A stretch of DNA of 61,942 bases, the filler included, from Sphacelaria rigidula (lineage: Eukaryota), in the NCBI GenBank assembly GCA_964200075.2. It is 5 parts of 5 records of this genome, joined end to end, with 100 filler letters (N's around TTAATTAATTAA, not from the genome) between each part and the next. Parts side by side here need not be neighbours in the genome. Positions count along the whole stretch, not along the records: positions 37,237 to 49,540 come from CAXNAA020003903.1; positions 49,641 to 61,942 come from CAXNAA020003904.1; 3 more parts are not named here. One strand, written 5' to 3'. The notes below the pieces were generated by a model. It was not told the origin of the DNA and ran no database searches. It saw nothing but the letters and a program-made list of their open reading frames with translations. Of this stretch, positions 38,931 through 51,882 are shown one piece after another. Position numbers and translations under genes: made by a program. The stretch's first letter is position 1, and every line of letters starts with the position of its first letter.

Positions 38931-41900
38931 ATGCAAGTGATGGCCGCCTGGCACCACCACATCACGCAATACTCCGCCGCCCGACGCACCAAACGTTGCC
39001 TTTCTCTCCAGAAGCTGCTTGGTATCTTTCGCCAGGCCGTTGTCCCCCCTCACAATGAGACAGGGGCACTTTATTGCCTTCAAGTATGTAAGAGCTGACT
39101 CCTCGTTCAGATAGTCCGGGGAAGGTAGCCACAGTCTGCTGGGCATGCATAATCGGGGGGGGAGGGGGCATACTCATTTGTTGCTTGCCTCAGTCGTTTG
39201 ACCATTGACCACGCATCCCTTTCGAGACGGAGCACCGTTCCTACTCCTAGTGGAGACACCTTCAACATTCCGGCGCTCAATGCGTTTTTCCCATACATTA
39301 CACAAAACTTTTCACACATCTTATCCCCGTCCTGTTTTGTCGTGGGGGGGGGGGCGCACTCATTTGTTGCTTGCTTTTAGTCGTTTGACCATCGACCACG
39401 CATCCCTTCGAGACGGAGTACCGTTCCTACTTCTAATAGAGACACCTCCAGTACTTCGGCACTTTTTACGTTTCTTCCACACATTACACCAAAACCTTTT
39501 ACATATCTTATCCCCGTCCTGTTTCGCCGCCTGTGCCCACCATCTATCTCCTAGTATAGCCATCGTTTTCTCCCTACCGTCTGATGCATCAAACGATTTC
39601 ATGCCACCTTCGATCAGGCCCTGCATTCCCCCCTTTAGCACGTCCCATTCCTCCTTGTATAGTTCACATTCTGCCACTATATGAGTTTTACTCTTTATTC
39701 CTTTGCCATAGTGGTAATTCTATGCATTTACTTCCTCCTCCTTTCGACTACTGCTTAATATATTTCTTCCTTTTGGCAGGTTCAGGTCCCACACCCGAAA
39801 TCGTAGTTCCAATTTTTCCGCCGCGTCAATTGGGTTATGCAAAGATGTTTTCATCCCTATCCCCTCTCTCAACCACCCGTATATCTCCAGGTGTTCTTCC
39901 TCGTCTACCTTGCGTTTGGGCGCCGCCCCAGCGACAATGAGAAGCATATGTTTGTAACGTTTTCCCCCGGGCGGGCGCTTTGGATGGTTGTGTGTATGGG
40001 TACGGGAGAAGATGTTCCCCACGCTACAAACCAACTGGACGCGGCGCAATTATGACCTGCTCAATTTGGATACCACCTTGCGGCCCGATGAGTTTTCACG
40101 CTGTCTTTCACATGTTGTAACACCCCTCACCGAAGTGACAATATCTCGACACACACGACAGCTATGGAGACAAACCAAGTTGCTCTGTGTAGATAAAACG
40201 TGGCCTTCACTTCCTGGCGGCGTGGACCCTCGTCACAAAATAAAAAGTAGGGGTGACATAAACATCGTCAATTGCGGATTATGCACTATTCCAACGCTCA
40301 AATGGAGCCCGCTTGGGCTTGAACGACGCCTAGTGGCTGGTTCTACCCACCTTTACATTTTTGGCTTCGTTACATTCGTCAGTAGTCAGTAATCCTCTGT
40401 CGCGCGAAGGACCGGCATCTTGGAGAATGACTTTTTTTCGTTGTTCGAATAGTTACAACGTTTTGGAGGGGTATCCAGCGTTGATTTGTGAGCGGTACAG
40501 GGTGGAATTGAGTCAGACTGCGAGGAGAAGATAGCTACAGATGCATACAACAGCTGTGTGTCGCTTTCGTTGCATATAACGCTCTGTCCACTTGTTTGAC
40601 TCCGCCGCGTCTTCATTTTGGGGGTAGTGTTGGGAAACGTCACACCAACCCCCGGCGTAACACAGAGCGTGTTTTTGCGCTGCAATACAGTAAAGTATGA
40701 CAGGTTCCATAATGTTGCTACTTACCCGATTTCAACAGCTCCTGAACTTTGGTCTGGCGTTCAAAAGGGAGGTCCACTTCGATCAGAAACACGCCCACTA
40801 GTCAAATTCAAACCGCGGGATTCACCTTCATGGCAAATCGTCTCTGAGCTTTTGTCTCTCTAAAATACGGCCTGTTACATTTCGTTCAAAATCGGGCGCA
40901 ACTTTGAAGTTGAGCGCGTCCCGTAATAGTTGGTCTCATTCGTGCCCACAGCGAAATTGGAAAATATAGAATGCAGCTTGGGATTACCAACGCCGACTAA
41001 AACTCGTGGGATTAATATGGCTGAATAGGTTCGTACACGATGGAGCAAACACACCAATCGCGAGCATAGTAGTGGAGCTCAACGGCGCAGTAACAGGGAC
41101 ATATGCAAACGTACGGAGCGTACGAAGCGCCACAATTGGTACGGATGAGCAATCGTGCTCTCGCTTTTGAGTAGAAATTCATGGAGTTGAACAAGGTTGG
41201 TCTGACGAATATATCACCATATATGCACGGAATGAAAACTAGTACCATTGACGTACCGTTTGAAGCTACAATGACAGAGTTGCGAGGTAACGTGCAAGTG
41301 CAGCCCAGCCGTTTTTAACATTACTGTCTATACATGGCGTGCTCTCAATCCTTTTCAACGACTCGGGCACCGGGCATCCGTTCCGGGCGGACATTGCCCG
41401 CTGACGGCCCCCCAAAACAATTGAGGCGCGCCGGGGGGTGTTTGGGGAGGTGTCCGGGGACATGAGAGCTGTTTTTGAGAGCACCATGTTCCTATTATCG
41501 ATGTTTTACATCGTTTTGAGTGGGGGTATAGACCGAACTTTGGCACCATCATGGAATTGGCGCAAACGTATTTGACGCAGGTTCACATCGCGCTTGCCCC
41601 CCCTGTGGTACCAGGTGCCCGTGAAGCCGCTTGTGTGCAAAGGGCGTGGCCGCGTACCTGACATCATTGGTGAACTTGACTCGGCCGTCATTCCCGTACG
41701 GTTCGGAGCTCCCCGCCACCAAACGAGCCGCGCTGTCATAGCTTATTGTTTTCCCTCCTCCCAGGGAGAAAAGGCCTGAAAACGCACCGCACGATGGAGT
41801 TACGGAGATGTAAAAAAAATCGAAGCGTATGCTAGGTACTTACTTGCCAACAAGTTCCAATGAGTTTTCGCAACCAAAGCGACTGACGCATGAACGCAAG

Positions 41901-44900
41901 ACTTGCTGCGTGGACAGACCAGGCACCTCTTCCGCTTCCTCGAGCATCGCATTTGATTGGTGGCAAGCAAAATAGCCCAGACCATCAAACATGAGAACGC
42001 AGGAACGGAAATTGACATTGCGCATCTAGCAAGCACCCGTGACGCAAAAAAAGTGACGTATCTGGCAAGTGTGGTATCCGCTGACCGAGTATTCCTCACA
42101 TGGTAGGGGTTCATAGGACACATATTTTGACATGTTTGTTTGTCTGTGAATGTCTTTGTACGAACGATCGTGCCGTGGGGTTACCCGGTTACCGAATAGC
42201 AGGCGCGCTTCTCTAGTAGGTGATCCAGGTATTGTAGGCTATTTGATGACGATGAGCTATGTGCCATCATAGTGTTGTACAATTCCTCAACCGTGTTGTT
42301 CAATTCTTAGTTCAGCAAGCACTGGACTATATAATCTATCAAACTCCCGCTACTCATTTTGCGTACGACGGGCACACTAGTGAGGGATTGGGTGATCTCG
42401 TCTGGGGCAACAATACAACAACACGCTAGCGTGACAGTCGACCATGTGGTTGAGTACGGCTTCTACCATGTGGGGTAATGGGGAAGTAGAGCTGAGATCT
42501 GAGGACGATTTCCAAGAAGAGGGGGGTCGATGTAAGGACAGATCTCCGGCAACGTTTATGGCGCAGATTTCGAATCAAGATGCAATCCTGATATATCTCA
42601 CCGAAGCGGTACAGCGGATAAAACGAGAGACGGGGCGCCGCCGCACAGGTCGAGGAGGTGGTGGGGTGGAGGAGACAGCGGATTGGGACAGTGCAAGCGC
42701 TCCAACTCAGACTACTAGGCGCCGGGTCATTGCGTCATCATGCTTTGGTGCAAGTGGCACAATGCTCGGTGGATCTTCCGATCTTGGATCGCCGCACGCA
42801 GGAAGGGGGGTAGAAGCTACGCGCACACACCCATCAGGGTCTTGCACCCATGATCCAGGAGGTGGTACCACGCTGGGACCTGGTGCAGTAGATCGGCATA
42901 CTCAGGAGGCCAGGCGGAAGCTACGGTCACACACTCATCATGTGATTGCGTCCCTGATTCAATGGGTGGCACCGGACTAGAGCCTGGTAGAACACGTGAG
43001 GCTAAGTTGGGACTTGGTTCTGTGTATGGCGCTGGGTTGGGATAGCCAAGAACAGAGATGGACGATGTTGATGGTGCGCGCAGGCAAGGTGGAATATTGG
43101 CACCCCCGGTCTCTTGGAAACACGAGGATATATTATCAAGAACAACGCCTGGTCTCAATTCAAGCGACGAGTAGGGAGGTATGCAGGATTGGTTGGGTTT
43201 CACGGTGCTCTGTTCTTCACCGTGCTCTGTTCAGGTAACGACACTGCGTTGCACAATGATGAGGAGGCACCTGTGGACTCGGGTGAATTCATGAGAGAGG
43301 TTAATGAAGCAACGTTCGCGCAATATTTATTGGATCATGTGACAAGGAATGAGGTATCGAATCACACAATTACCATGGCAGGGTCCCCTTCTGGTGGATG
43401 GACGGAACTTGACAAGCACTATCCCAGAACAATTGATACAGGGACATATATTGGGAACGCTCATAGCAATAAAGCACTTTCGCGGGTCTGCCTCCGTAGC
43501 AAAGCGTGAGCGTATTCATGCTCGAGGTGCCATTCGGGGACAAGTTTTCCCCGGCCACTTTGTAGTTGATATGTGTCTGTAGGTCCGTCCTTCTGATCAC
43601 TCGGCTGTGAAAGACAATCTCGGAATGGAGATGAATCTTTCTATAGAGAGGCGACTCCGTCATCAGGGATACGCGTCTATTTCCGAAGATATCTGACGGT
43701 GAAAAGAGGGGTGACTACAGCTACGCACTGTTTGCGTGAAGCGGCCAACACTCCACCCCGGGCAGGGGGCGTGAGAGCAAGACCGTAAAGCATCACAAAG
43801 GTGCACCTAGCGCTGGCAAGATACAGGTAACACCCACAACGGGGGGGCTTTCAGCATCGGTTTGTGAGTCGAAGGGACCCGCGAATGGAGAGAAGGGACT
43901 CACGATCGATCTGCGTTTCGACTGCAACACGCTGCGGTATTTGCGCGCCTCTTACCCTGATTGCGTACCTCCTCAGTGAGGGGGTAAGGGGCACGGGGTA
44001 AGCTTGCGCAAGAATTTGGCCATGTGCATACTGGATGAGTCCAGAAAAATCGTGAAGTTGGCTTCTTGGCCGTTGAATCTACATAATGCGGGTGTGCGTC
44101 CGGCATGGAGACTTCGGGGGGCGGACCTGAAATGGTGAGGGTGAGGTTTGGATCGCGGATAGTAGTGCGATAGCGCGCAAGGGTCAGTCGAGTAAACACA
44201 TGGTGGATTGTAAGAAGTGTAAAAACAACTTTGTGGCGCTCGCCAAAAGACAGGTGGCCTCGGTTGCCAAGGGCGGGAAGGTGTGCGTCTTGATTGTGGG
44301 TCATGGCGTAAAGTTCAAGATATGCCGAAGTAGTGTGTCCCACGTACCCGAGCTAGGCGTAAACCTGCTCTCACTACAACGAGTGGCTAGACCCGAGCTG
44401 CCAATCAGCTTGTGGGATGTTGAAATTGTGATCACGACTCGAGCTGAGCAAGATCCTTTGTGTCCAAAGGTACACCGATGGGACATTTTGACGGTCAGGC
44501 CTTCCATCGCCACCTGGTTCACCTGGTATCCCTGGAGACGGACCCGATGCGCCCACGACATCCCAAGCCCCTTAACAAAATGGTCATCAGTCCTGACAAG
44601 GTGAGCATGCACCTGTTTCACCAATCATATCTCATTATCACGAGATTTGTTTACGCAAAAAATCGACACAACTAGGTTCTCCTCTGATGGAAGAGCTGTC
44701 GGAGTGCAAGGAATGCCCTCTGGGCCGGCGGTTTCGCAAACACATCTCTACGTCAACTGATACACGTGGACTGCAGCTTCTGGACAAAGTGTTCATATAC
44801 GAATTTTGATGCCTAAACAATAGAGAGTGTTGGAAGGGACGAACTACTCTGTATATAAGATCTGGATCCAATTAGGCCTAGACAAGTCGAATATCCCTGT

Positions 44901-47900
44901 TCAACTGTTTTTCAGGACTTCCTCGCAGGCGTAAGAGACACAGGCGTACCGTCGGTGGTAAAGACAGTAAAGATGGACGATAAGGGCGCAATTCGTGGAT
45001 TTTCCAGTCCATGCGGCTAGACTTCACACCGACAGACAGCCCAGAAGATAAGAACGTAGCTGAAACGCAATGGCTCTCGTAGAACAAACAGCCATGGGCG
45101 CTCGCATCCGACCCGACGCGAGCTGGAATGTAGATGTTCCATAACATGTGGACAAAGTTTACTCGTTGGGCAGCTGATGCGTTAGATCCTTCGGTAACTG
45201 TACCAACCCGCACAATACATCTGCGAATGAGATGTTGTTCCCGTGAAACACCAGAAACCAAATCTCTCTCCTCCCTCAAGTCGGTATGCTGAAAGTACAA
45301 GAAAGTCTTGAAATCATCGCCCGAAGCACAGGCGAGTGTCTTCACTTGGAGCCTACCTGTAATTGTCCTCGCGACGTACTGACCACTCGCAATGTCACAT
45401 GACGTTTGTGTGACTCCCGTACCCTCGCAACAAGCGGCTCCTTCTTCGACGGGAGGGGCGGGAGGGAGGACAGCTACGAACAGTCCTACTCCGAGAGGTC
45501 GGATGCCGGTGGAGGTGAGGGATATTCGCTCCGGGTTCTGGTTGTGATGAGTGCATGACGACGGGGGAGGCGGGTGAGACCCGAGCAACCTGGTTGTCGA
45601 GTGCGCCCTTTCAAGCTTCAGTCAAGAGCAACTGCTGCATCGCCAGAGTCCCCACGCCTCACTGGTGAATATTCGTCTTCATACGAGAGCGCCGACGGTA
45701 GCGAGTTTGATCGCGGGGACACATTATCAAGCGGGAGCAGCGATGTCGCGGGCGCGTCCCACTCGCCTGCAGGCCAGCCGCAGCTCGGCCACACCAGACA
45801 GCATCCATACCAACGGCGATTGCAACAGTGCCGCACGCGGCAGTATTGCGAGGATCTCATGCAATTGCCTCCCGCGTAGCGATCATTGTGCACGACTGAC
45901 CTCCATCCAGGCCTCAGACGGGTTGGGCCGCGTGATGGCAGTACTCGCCTTCCAAAATGATCCGAGGAAATCAGAGGACTGCTACGTAATCGTCGTCGAT
46001 TTTTCATGTCCATGTACATAGATGGGATATAACGTGCTCCGAAACGTGCCAAGGGCGTTGACGATTTAAAGTACGGAGGGACCTGGCTAGACATGATGAG
46101 CACAGATATTGCCGGGTTAGAGTGAAGCAACGCGTGGGTCACTGTAGATTTGTGGGAGGATGGGACGAACACGATCCATTTCTACCTTGGTTTCGAGCTG
46201 AAGTGTTCGCGAAGATGGATATGTGGTGATGGCGAGGGCTAGACAGCACTCAAAGGGGACAAACGACCTCTGGGCGAAGTTTCAACATATTTTCGTACTC
46301 CCTCTACAATCGAGTTGCAGACAGCTACAGCGCGTGCGCAGGGATAGCCAGCATACCCCTTTGACGTTGAGCAGTCTGGCTTCAGAAGTGTGCTGCACAC
46401 GAGGATGTCCCAAGTTACCGGGAGACGATTGTTAGGCGTTGCAAAACGCACGGGATCAGCCAGGGAGAAATGGTGATAAAATCTAAGTTAATACCTTTCC
46501 CAAATCACGGGTGCGACCACAGTTTACCCCATCCGTGTATCTGTTCAGGCTCATGAATAAGAATGAGGTTGGATGTTCGTGGTCCACATGGACACCTTCG
46601 AAGTATGTCATGAGCAGAAGCTTGACTGGCCGACTGCCACGCTCGACTCTCACTTCCCCACGGAAACCTCGGGGAACTCGTGTGACATGGTGTATGTGAG
46701 TTTTCGCGCGAACTGGAGGCCAACACTCTGAAAATCTCGTCTATCACTTGCACTGAACGGATCCTATAGGGTTTTGAAATCACCAAAGCCACCCGAACCC
46801 CACATACGTTCCGAGCTTCAGGATACGTGAGAAGAACTTTCACAGGTGATCCCGGGAGAAGGTAGAGTGTCTCCTGTGGCTGTCAAACAGCACCCCCAGC
46901 CTGATATCGCAGGTGAGGTTATACCAGCTTCACGCCGTAATGAAAACCCCAGCGCTAAGAATACAGGCGCAGGGCCTTGAGGATTGGCGAATATCTCAGC
47001 GGTACCCATGACCTCGGGATCACCTGCGATAGTGGCTCGGGGGTGGAGTTGGTATCCTGAGAGGACGCAACCTACGCATAATTTAAGGACATGTCTTTTT
47101 ATGTCAGGGATGTCATTTCGTTTGGTGTGGTAGAGTTTCTCTCTAGAGCACAGAAGAACGTGGCATTGAATCTCAAACGGAATACGCGGGTACATGATTG
47201 GTGGTGAAGGAAGCCTTTTCGTAAGTGCGGAGCCATCCAGCTGCTTACGAGAAACGACCCTAAACGTTCACACAACAGGTAAGGTATAGATAGATGTACG
47301 GCATCACTTGCTGAGGGATTTTGTTTGCTTAATAGACGATTCGCATGAACAACGCGTTACAGCTTACACTCAGCTCGGTATGGCTGGATGTGTGGACGCA
47401 CATACATACCTTCCCACGAGGCGAGAGGCTTCATACGCTGTCGAACGGCCGCGTCAAAAGACTCGTAGGGTTTGGGCGCCTTGTTCTTGAGTGTTTCTGA
47501 GGACGACGGCGTGGGGTGAAAGACATAGCATCAACATCAACGGAGGTAGAAAACATCAACGCACGGCAGACGAGCACGACAAGACGAAAAAAACGACAAT
47601 AAAATATATACGGTGTGGGGGACAATACAGCTGCAAGAAGAGCATTGGCGTCTCGCAGGAAGAAAGTACGAATGCGCCGACAAGCCCCAAAGACGCATCG
47701 TCTTGCACGGGCCGAGACCGTTGATGACGACACGCGGAGTGCGCAGCCTGCCTGGAAGACTTCAAGTACTGCAGGGTTTACTTTGCGCTTCATGTGTTGC
47801 ACATTGCATAATGCGTCTCTGTACGGTCTTGTCAACACATCTTTGAGCATAATGTGCAAGGACGCTGTCTACAACTACAAGCACTGCACAACGCCCACTG

Positions 47901-48948
47901 AAGCCACGAGGAGCCGCGATAGGTGCCCCATAATGTAGAGCAACAGGATATGGAGCAGCGGACCAGCACACAATACAGTACGATTGAGAGTAGGAATCCC
48001 AAGAGCGACAGCATTGATGTTGCGTTTTTGGTTTTGGGAGAATGGCGCTGCATGTGGGTGAAATATGGAACAAAAATAGCGCGGCTTTGCTCTATCTACG
48101 TCTCTTACTCTTTACGCTGGCTTCGATGCAGCGGCGCAAGAGTTTTGGAGAGCTGCCCGGGTCCAGTGAGTGAGGTCCCAAAAATTCGAGAAACACGCAT
48201 CGCGCCACGAGCTCTGGAAAACTCGCTGCTATAAGTGAAGCCACTGCCGCTCCCATGCTGTGTCCGACCAAGGTGAAGTGGTTCCACCCGAGCGATCTGA
48301 ATCGTGTAGTCCGGGGGGGGGGGCACGGGGGACAATTGGGAGGGGGGTACTCTTAAAGGCCAAGCACAACACAAATGCTGTGATTTATGATCCTGATGTG
48401 CCGTGTCCATGAGTTTTGATCCGCAGAATTACCGATGGCTTGCGGATGGTTTCGGCTGGGTGGTTGTTTTGGGCGGATATGACTTGCACGACGGAGACCT
48501 GGTCCACAGGAATGGGTGTGCATGGCTGTTGTCGAGCCTGACGAAAAGCCCTATTTATATCACGAGAATCCGCGCAGGAGAGTGATTTTTCCTGGTCAAA
48601 CAGGGAAATTCAACCACGGAGGAAACACCAATGTGGACTCGGGCTAGGTTTGTAGGTATTCAGAGAAATGAGCAAGACCTTACATCGCTCGACCTCTGCC
48701 TCGCTGCAAGGGTACTCGGTTGGGGACATCTACAACACAATCATATCAACGCGAGATACCAGAGGTATCGCCATTGCGTTGGCGCCCACGTGCAGACTGC
48801 TACTGTGCGCCAGCGTCAATGCAGTGAGTCACCTGACAGTCCCGATCACGTACTCAGGATAGTCCAGAACTGTGTACCAAGAGCCCTTGTTTATATGGTC
48901 TGACTTGCCATGGCCAGGGAAGTCCATCGCCACCACCTCAAAGCCCTC
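38931..48948 (-). CDS. Alpha/beta-fold hydrolase, serine hydrolase-like (SERHL/Kraken-type); five internal exons, 5' and 3' exons not identified
   Basis: Exons 48948-48833 (EGFEVVAMDFPGHGKSDH...), 48296-48109 (SLGWNHFTLVGHSMGAAVASLIAASFPELVARCVFLE...), 47496-47410 (TLKNKAPKPYESFDAAVRQR...), 41775-41658 (...SAARLVAGSSEPYGNDGRVKFTNDV) and 39135-38931 (RLWLPSPDYLNEESALTYLKAIKCPCLIVRG...VVVPGGHHLH). All four introns are GT-AG with matching phases (2,1,1,2). Motifs present: DxPGHG, the GxSxG nucleophile elbow and the catalytic-His motif GGHHLH. Confidence 0.92.
39155..39343 (-). mobile_element. Second, shorter LINE 3' end stacked directly on the previous copy's C-tail
   Basis: Same sequence as 39344-39530; ends ...AACAAATGAGTATG-CCCCCTCCCCCCCC. 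Confidence 0.85.
39344..39940 (-). mobile_element. LINE 3' end (ORF2 C-terminus + short 3' UTR + poly(C) tail)
   Basis: ORFs 39720-40049 and 39360-39677 give ...KLELRFR...HIVAECELY...ILGDRWW...CKRFWCNVWKKR, a LINE C-terminal pattern. Ends ...AACAAATGAGTGCG-C11. Confidence 0.85.
42440..47270 (+). mobile_element. Highly decayed Ty1/copia retrotransposon inside the hydrolase intron, antisense to the host gene
   Basis: Protease WIADSSA (44149) and HVPELGVNLLSL (44341), followed by integrase-region remnants, then RT remnants (WLDMMSTDIAGLE*SNAWVTVDL ~46080, frameshifted DD-LL ~46425, QPDIA ~46900). Order PR-IN-RT is copia-type. Many stops; LTRs not identified and boundaries approximate. Confidence 0.8.
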
Positions 48949-49540
48949 CTGAAACAAGTGCGGGTGAGCGGGGGAGCTGGCTCTAGAATTAAAAACGTAT
49001 CAAGACGACAAAACGAAACCGTCCGATGTTTTAGTCGAAAACACTACAGTAGTAGCTGGGTTAGGAACTCGTAGGTTAAGGGGTGGTTACGACGTACATA
49101 CGGGCTAGTGTATATCCGAGAGCACAATTTGCCGCGCGATAACTCTCAATGATGTTTTCAAGGGCCTCGGTTAGTTGGTTCTATCTCGAAGATTGATTGC
49201 CTTTGCCAAGGCAGGGCCCAAGACGTCGAAGGTTCTCGTGTTATCCAAAAACCCATGAAGGGCAATCGCCTTGCGAGCCGATGACGCCTGTCCCCACGTC
49301 TGCGCGACGAGCAGAAAACGACAATACCGCGCGAAACATCACCGGGAATACGTGGGTGGTCAAGGACAACGCCGAAAATGCCCGGAGAGTTTGCCTTATC
49401 GCACATGAGCCTTGCATGAGAGTCGTCCTATGATAGGGGGGGGGGGGTATTTGGTTGCACGAAAACGAGGCTCATAAGTGTGTCAGACATTCTTCTACAC
49501 TTGCGTTGTGCTTTTATTTGGTTCCAAACGGTGTCAGGCA

Positions 49541-49640
49541 NNNNNNNNNNNNNNNNNNNNNNNNNNNNNNNNNNNNNNNNNNNNTTAATTAATTAANNNN
49601 NNNNNNNNNNNNNNNNNNNNNNNNNNNNNNNNNNNNNNNN
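49541..49640. other. Artificial contig spacer
   Basis: Same 44N-TTAATTAATTAA-44N structure. Confidence 0.97.
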
Positions 49641-49702
49641 GGAATCGAACCCCCGTTCTCTCCACCCTAATGGCGACAGTCGGACCATTACACCACTGGT
49701 GC
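49641..49702 (-). pseudogene. tRNA-like sequence (tRNA-Gly-like 5' end); tRNA pseudogene or SINE head, cut by contig end
   Basis: GCACCAGTGGTGTAATGG...GGGGGTTCGATTCC has good A and B boxes, but the anticodon arm is irregular and the 3' acceptor strand is missing. Confidence 0.55.
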
Positions 49703-51882
49703 GCGGCATCATTTCCCTTTATTTCAGGAAATTATGGCATGTTTCATATCAGGTATCTGGAGCAGGGGGATATCTTTGATCCGTCGAAAGTGTTGAACAC
49801 TCATGCGGCATGGACAAGCATGTTCATTTCTCTCGCTTGCTTTGAAAAATACACTGAGCGCACGCGTCAAGAGTAAACGCGACAAACGCAATGCCGCCCG
49901 CCCGATCATCAATACTGCATTGCGTCAAGGTGATCGGCACACGTCCTTCGGTCTCGCGCTTGCCGAACATGCAGCATGCGTTGCTCTTTGTGACCACAGC
50001 ACCGCGTGGTGATGCATACTGGGTGTGCTCAAAAGTACCGTCACTTTGTGCAATGCCAGTCGTGAACACTAGACGAAACTTAGATGCGGATTTTATGTGC
50101 AAGTGTCTTACATTTCTCATGATTGAACTGTGACGTTTTCCATCTATTCACATCGTATGTGCGTCTCACATCGTACATGCTGTTCACGTCGCACATTTCT
50201 TGGATTGGGGAACTATGGTTCGGTGTTGCATGCACCCTCTTCAAAACGACAGTTAACATCACACCATGTCATGCCGGCGAGCGCTCGGTGATATGTTCAT
50301 ATGCTCCGCCTTTTGGGTGCCTGTGAGAAGGGCGTGCTCTGTGCAGGTAGATTTCATCATTAATCCCATCAAAAGTAACAATATATTTTCCGAGAATAAC
50401 CAAATGCTCCTGTTCCGTTGTTCGATGGGGTTGCTCTGTATTACTTCGTACAGTGGGAATCCCACCATAGTGCAGTAAACATTGCTTGTCCTATTTGTCA
50501 TTATTCCTATCCGTTAAATTACTTAAAGAAGCTCCACTTCACCAGTATAGTGCAGGGATCAACCATAGTGCGGTGATGTTGGAGCTTGGATCCACCGTAC
50601 TCTGCTGAGACCCCCAACGGGACGTATTGTCTGTGCCCAGGATAGCGTTTAAAATATGCTGGGATAGCTGAAACATGTGCATCATACATCACTGTGTTGA
50701 TGTGTCGATAGTCCTGCAGCAGGTGAAGATCTACACCTTTGCCTGTCGTGAGTTCGTCTCTTATTGGCGAGGGGCTCCCCTTCTTTCTCATACGGTGTCT
50801 CGTTGAAGTAGTCTTCACGGGCTTACAGCTACTCAAGAATAGCTGTACAGGGTCGCCCTCACACCTTGTGTAGTTCATTTACGCTAGACAAACGTATACA
50901 GACTCGCTAAACCTTATCCGGGTGGTGTACAGGGTGCGGTCTGCACAGGTATAAGTCATATAAGCACAGCACTTGCCACATTGCGCCAAACTGTACCGTT
51001 GCCTTTGAATTCACGGCAAGCGCAGTGTCCATGCGGGGACACCATATAATACCCCATCAAGCACGACTGATGTGGCGTCGTATGTGTAGTCTCACCACTG
51101 TAGCTTCTGAACATCAGCGACAGCCGCGGCAGAACACAGCACAGCGGCTCATTGGTACCATTACAATGATGAAAATCCGGTGCCTTTGCGTATAGAATCC
51201 CTTGTGAAACCTGTCTTACATGCGATCAGAAGTCATGCTGATCCAGTACAAACACCAGAGACAAATCAAGTCGCGGGGAGTGAATGCTTCTTTTCCATGA
51301 CGGCGCGTAGCTGACAAGGGTTTGGAAACATCTCACCGCCGATGCACGGACCGTGTTGCGATAGTGCATCTGGGAGTCGCCGTCTTGACCTGGGGTGCTG
51401 TGCAAGTTGGAATACGTTGCCGACGATGTTTGGGACACTGCTGCTATTTTGTGCAACGAGGAATACCCAGCCGAAAAGAACATGGCCTGGACCATGTATC
51501 CGCTGTTGCCTTCGCACGCCGGCGTGTGTCTGCTGAACCTTGTCCAGCCGATATCGATGCATGGACCGTGTGCCCCAAGTGCGTCTCGGCGTTCTCGTGG
51601 TATATGGTGCCATTTAGATGCTTCATTCGCTTTCGATCCCAACTGCAGTAGCGTCCAGGATGTCCCGTTCGCTAGAACTCTCTCGCGAGTGGTGCTGCAG
51701 TTGTTACGGTCAGTTTCCATGTAGCGTCGTCTGAGTTGAATGCAGGCACCCTTTTGAGGGGGGGGAGTATGTACCCCCAACAATGGTGCCGATCGTTCTG
51801 CACAGCATTCCACATCGCTTTCACACATAGCTCACGGTAGCCTTCCCGCCGGTTTGGCATTTGTCCTCCTGTGAGCAGTTAG

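Noticed and set aside
51395-51724. ORF as the upstream exon of the EsV-1-7 gene
   Set aside because: The obvious donor (GTCAGT ~51708) is phase 2 and gives a stop or frame mismatch with the acceptors at 51878 and 51882; no recognisable domain.
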